From sequence record NC_070966.1: a DNA stretch of 64,000 bases. One strand, 5' to 3'. The position numbers were made by a program, and so were the translations under genes. This document shows, piece after piece, positions 62,909 through 64,000 of this stretch. Positions within the stretch are counted from its first letter, which is position 1, and every line of letters starts with the position of its first letter. The notes beneath the pieces were generated by a model. The model worked only from the letters and a program-made list of their open reading frames with translations, was not told the origin of the DNA and did no database searches.

Positions 62909-63999
62909 TAATTATTTCCTACTGCACCGTTCATAGCTTCACGATTCAATACGAGATTAGTTTTGAATGAATAATCTTCGATGATTCTAGCTACTTTAGA
63001 TACAATCCAGTAACCTGAATAGTTCTCTGAACTGTATTCACGAGTGGTAGGACCGTCTGTGAATTTAACTAGATCGAGAGCACGTACTGGAAAGAATCTA
63101 TTTGAACAATTGACGGTCAACTTATTGCTACTGAAAGTAGCAAGATTAGCTAGATTGTTAGATTTAGCTTCATGGAATTTCTTATTAGTATTCTCATTAA
63201 GAATCAGATTCTCACCTGTTCTAAGAAGAGCACTAGCCGACTGTTCAAGACCTGATCCCATCGACATTACTTGAGATACGACTGAACTGAATAGAGAAAG
63301 AAGTCCTCCGTCGAGATCAATAACATTGTTAGATCTGGAGTAACCTTGCCAATAGTTCATAAATCCTGTATCTGCTTCAATTACATAATTGGTATCGTAA
63401 TAGATCGTATTCGGACCTTCATTACGATTTGACAGAATGAATTTAGGACTACCTGCCATAACATTTTCGATAGATCGTAATCTGAATCTTCCATCTGAAG
63501 TAATTGCGACCATAGGAAAATTCTTAGATCCTAAGTCGGATCTCGTCCACAATTCATTAACGAATGACTTATCTGTGATACTATGTTGGATCCAATTTTG
63601 GATATCTGAAGATGCTGAGATATCGAAATCTGGAATAAAGTGCTTGCTAACAATTTGACTCATTGTGGCAATAGCTGACTGCTTAGGGGTGACCATAACA
63701 TCGGTACCAGTTAGGTATTCGATTCTATCGTACAACCCCTTCACAGTCATAATGTAACTCGAACCTGAACGTCTTGAAAGCTCTTTCTTCATAGGCTTCA
63801 ATCTCATGTTCGATAGTTCTAAGGTATCTAATCCCATCGCAGCGTTGATGACAGATTTCTCATTCATATGAGAGATAACTTCGTCACTATCAGACTCGAA
63901 TGTCAACTCGAAAGTTGGTAAAGTATTACCAGCTTCTTCGACAACCATGAATCTCTTTAGATCTGAGTTACCGAGAAAGTTACGTCCATTGATATCGAA
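62908..63999 (-). CDS. baseplate hub protein (gp27/gpD-like), 5' end probably beyond the window
   Basis: Frame stays open from 63948 to the window edge (FDINGRNFLGNSDLKRF-M...); position just upstream of the spike gene. Confidence 0.65.
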   Translation of the reverse strand, partial: FDINGRNFLGNSDLKRFMVVEEAGNTLPTFELTFESDSDEVISHMNEKSVINAAMGLDTLELSNMRLKPMKKELSRRSGSSYIMTVKGLYDRIEYLTGTDVMVTPKQSAIATMSQIVSKHFIPDFDISASSDIQNWIQHSITDKSFVNELWTRSDLGSKNFPMVAITSDGRFRLRSIENVMAGSPKFILSNRNEGPNTIYYDTNYVIEADTGFMNYWQGYSRSNNVIDLDGGLLSLFSSVVSQVMSMGSGLEQSASALLRTGENLILNENTNKKFHEAKSNNLANLATFSSNKLTVNCSNRFFPVRALDLVKFTDGPTTREYSSENYSGYWIVSKVARIIEDYSFKTNLVLNREAMNGAVGNN

Positions 64000-64000
64000 T

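Noticed and set aside
401-63658. Numerous short nested or antisense ORFs in the track (e.g. 2992-3288, 19098-19532, 33488-33937, 36169-36678, 55058-55501)
   Set aside because: They lie wholly within or opposite well-supported longer genes and show no recognisable motifs or RBS.

Overview
A 64-kb piece of a large (jumbo-type) tailed dsDNA phage genome, probably a contractile-tailed myovirus, read in the standard genetic code. It has three zones. (1) About 4.6-18.1 kb, + strand: an RNA-rich island with 20 intact CCA-encoding tRNAs, one aberrant tRNA, four free-standing endonuclease genes, several unexplained structured noncoding segments and a Ro60/Rsr (TROVE-vWA) gene. (2) About 18.8-35.5 kb, + strand: replication and transcription genes (NAD-dependent ligase, primase, Cas4-like nuclease, dCMP deaminase, DinG-like helicase, HD nucleotidase, UDG-fused family A DNA polymerase, and an unsplit bacterial-type RNA polymerase beta' subunit). 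(3) About 35.6-64 kb, - strand: head, tail-appendage, lysis, tail-fibre and baseplate genes. The main discovery is directly upstream of Ro60: a tandem array of seven Y-RNA-like units (15224-16350). Each is closed by a sequence-variable but fully covarying stem with conserved GTTGCGA ... (T/C/A)ATCTC ends. Most enclose a circularly permuted tRNA module (T arm, then a loop-closed acceptor stem, then D arm), and several keep an anticodon-like loop (Gly, Pro, Thr, Cys, Tyr). A minimal copy of the same stem lies in the Ro60 leader, and a divergent permuted-tRNA RNA lies at 10848-10990. Other notable items: a six-copy bipartite motif (AGCGAAR-N11-DAGCCTTCCT), tRNA-Ser(ACT), a long-variable-arm tRNA-Cys, noncoding hairpins displaying anti-Shine-Dalgarno-like loops, and a shared N-terminal 'MSKA..L...NE' tag on seven otherwise unrelated proteins. 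All assignments come from manual motif reading and base-pairing; no database searches or folding programs were run.
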